In this document: one piece after another, positions 41,763 to 41,862 of the stretch
Layout of the letters: every line of letters begins with the position of its first letter
Numbering within the stretch: position 1 is the stretch's first letter
IMG/VR virus record: IMGVR_UViG_3300045988_174050
Length of the DNA: 41,862 bases
Source of the DNA: a virus
Strand: one strand, 5' to 3'
The notes under the pieces: generated by a model
Told to the model about the DNA's origin: nothing
The model's database searches: none
The model's input: only the letters and a program-made list of their open reading frames with translations
Made by a program: the position numbers and the translations under genes

Positions 41763-41862
41763 GATTTTTTTTTAATTTCATCCCGTGTGGCATTGCGAGA
41801 CTCGCCGTATTCGGTCGTCAAATCGCGGATTCCAACCATGATTTCAGTCGCAACAGCCGCCG

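Overview
The window is a complete, circularly closed temperate siphovirus-like (pro)phage genome of about 41.76 kb. Positions 1-100 repeat at 41763-41862, except that a poly-T run is 9 nt at the start and 10 nt at the end. A tail-assembly-chaperone gene spans this junction.

Most genes are on the minus strand, in this order:
- Late/structural genes (about 11496 down to 378, wrapping to 41472): sigma-like late regulator, TerS, TerL, portal, Mu-F-like head morphogenesis protein, scaffold, major capsid protein, connector and neck proteins, tail tube, and a G/GT chaperone with a poly-A slippery site.
- An AT-rich moron on the plus strand (40913-41455).
- Tail genes (40811 down to 31472): a 616-aa tape measure protein, tail proteins with LamG/collagen-like domains, and a tail fiber.
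- A DUF1353 / transmembrane protein / two-lipoprotein cluster (31484 down to 30053).
- An accessory operon with XRE and zinc-finger regulators (29883 down to 27662).
- A plus-strand Gly/Cys-rich two-gene cassette (26532-27490).
- Three small minus-strand genes (26331 down to 25300).
- The attP site, carrying a tRNA 3'-end fragment flanked by four TGTATGTAAT arm repeats (25069-25222).
- A plus-strand lysogeny module: CI-like repressor, membrane protein, secreted SNase-like nuclease, tyrosine integrase (22683-25076).
- The leftward early operon (22560 down to 11725): RHH Cro-like protein, Rha, pentapeptide-repeat protein, YqaJ exonuclease + RecT, iteron-containing replication initiator, DnaC-like loader, Ead/Ea22-like pair, PAPS-reductase-like enzyme, and small zinc-ribbon proteins.

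There are no CRISPR arrays, rRNA genes or complete tRNA genes. I could not recognise a canonical holin or endolysin.

The most striking unexplained signal is a bipartite, roughly 30-bp motif (GGTTGACA, then 8-9 nt, then TTTTGTGAAAAC in transcript orientation) present six times, each immediately upstream of a late gene. Two clusters of GTGAC/GTCAC palindromes are also unexplained, one of them just upstream of terS and next to the sigma-like regulator.
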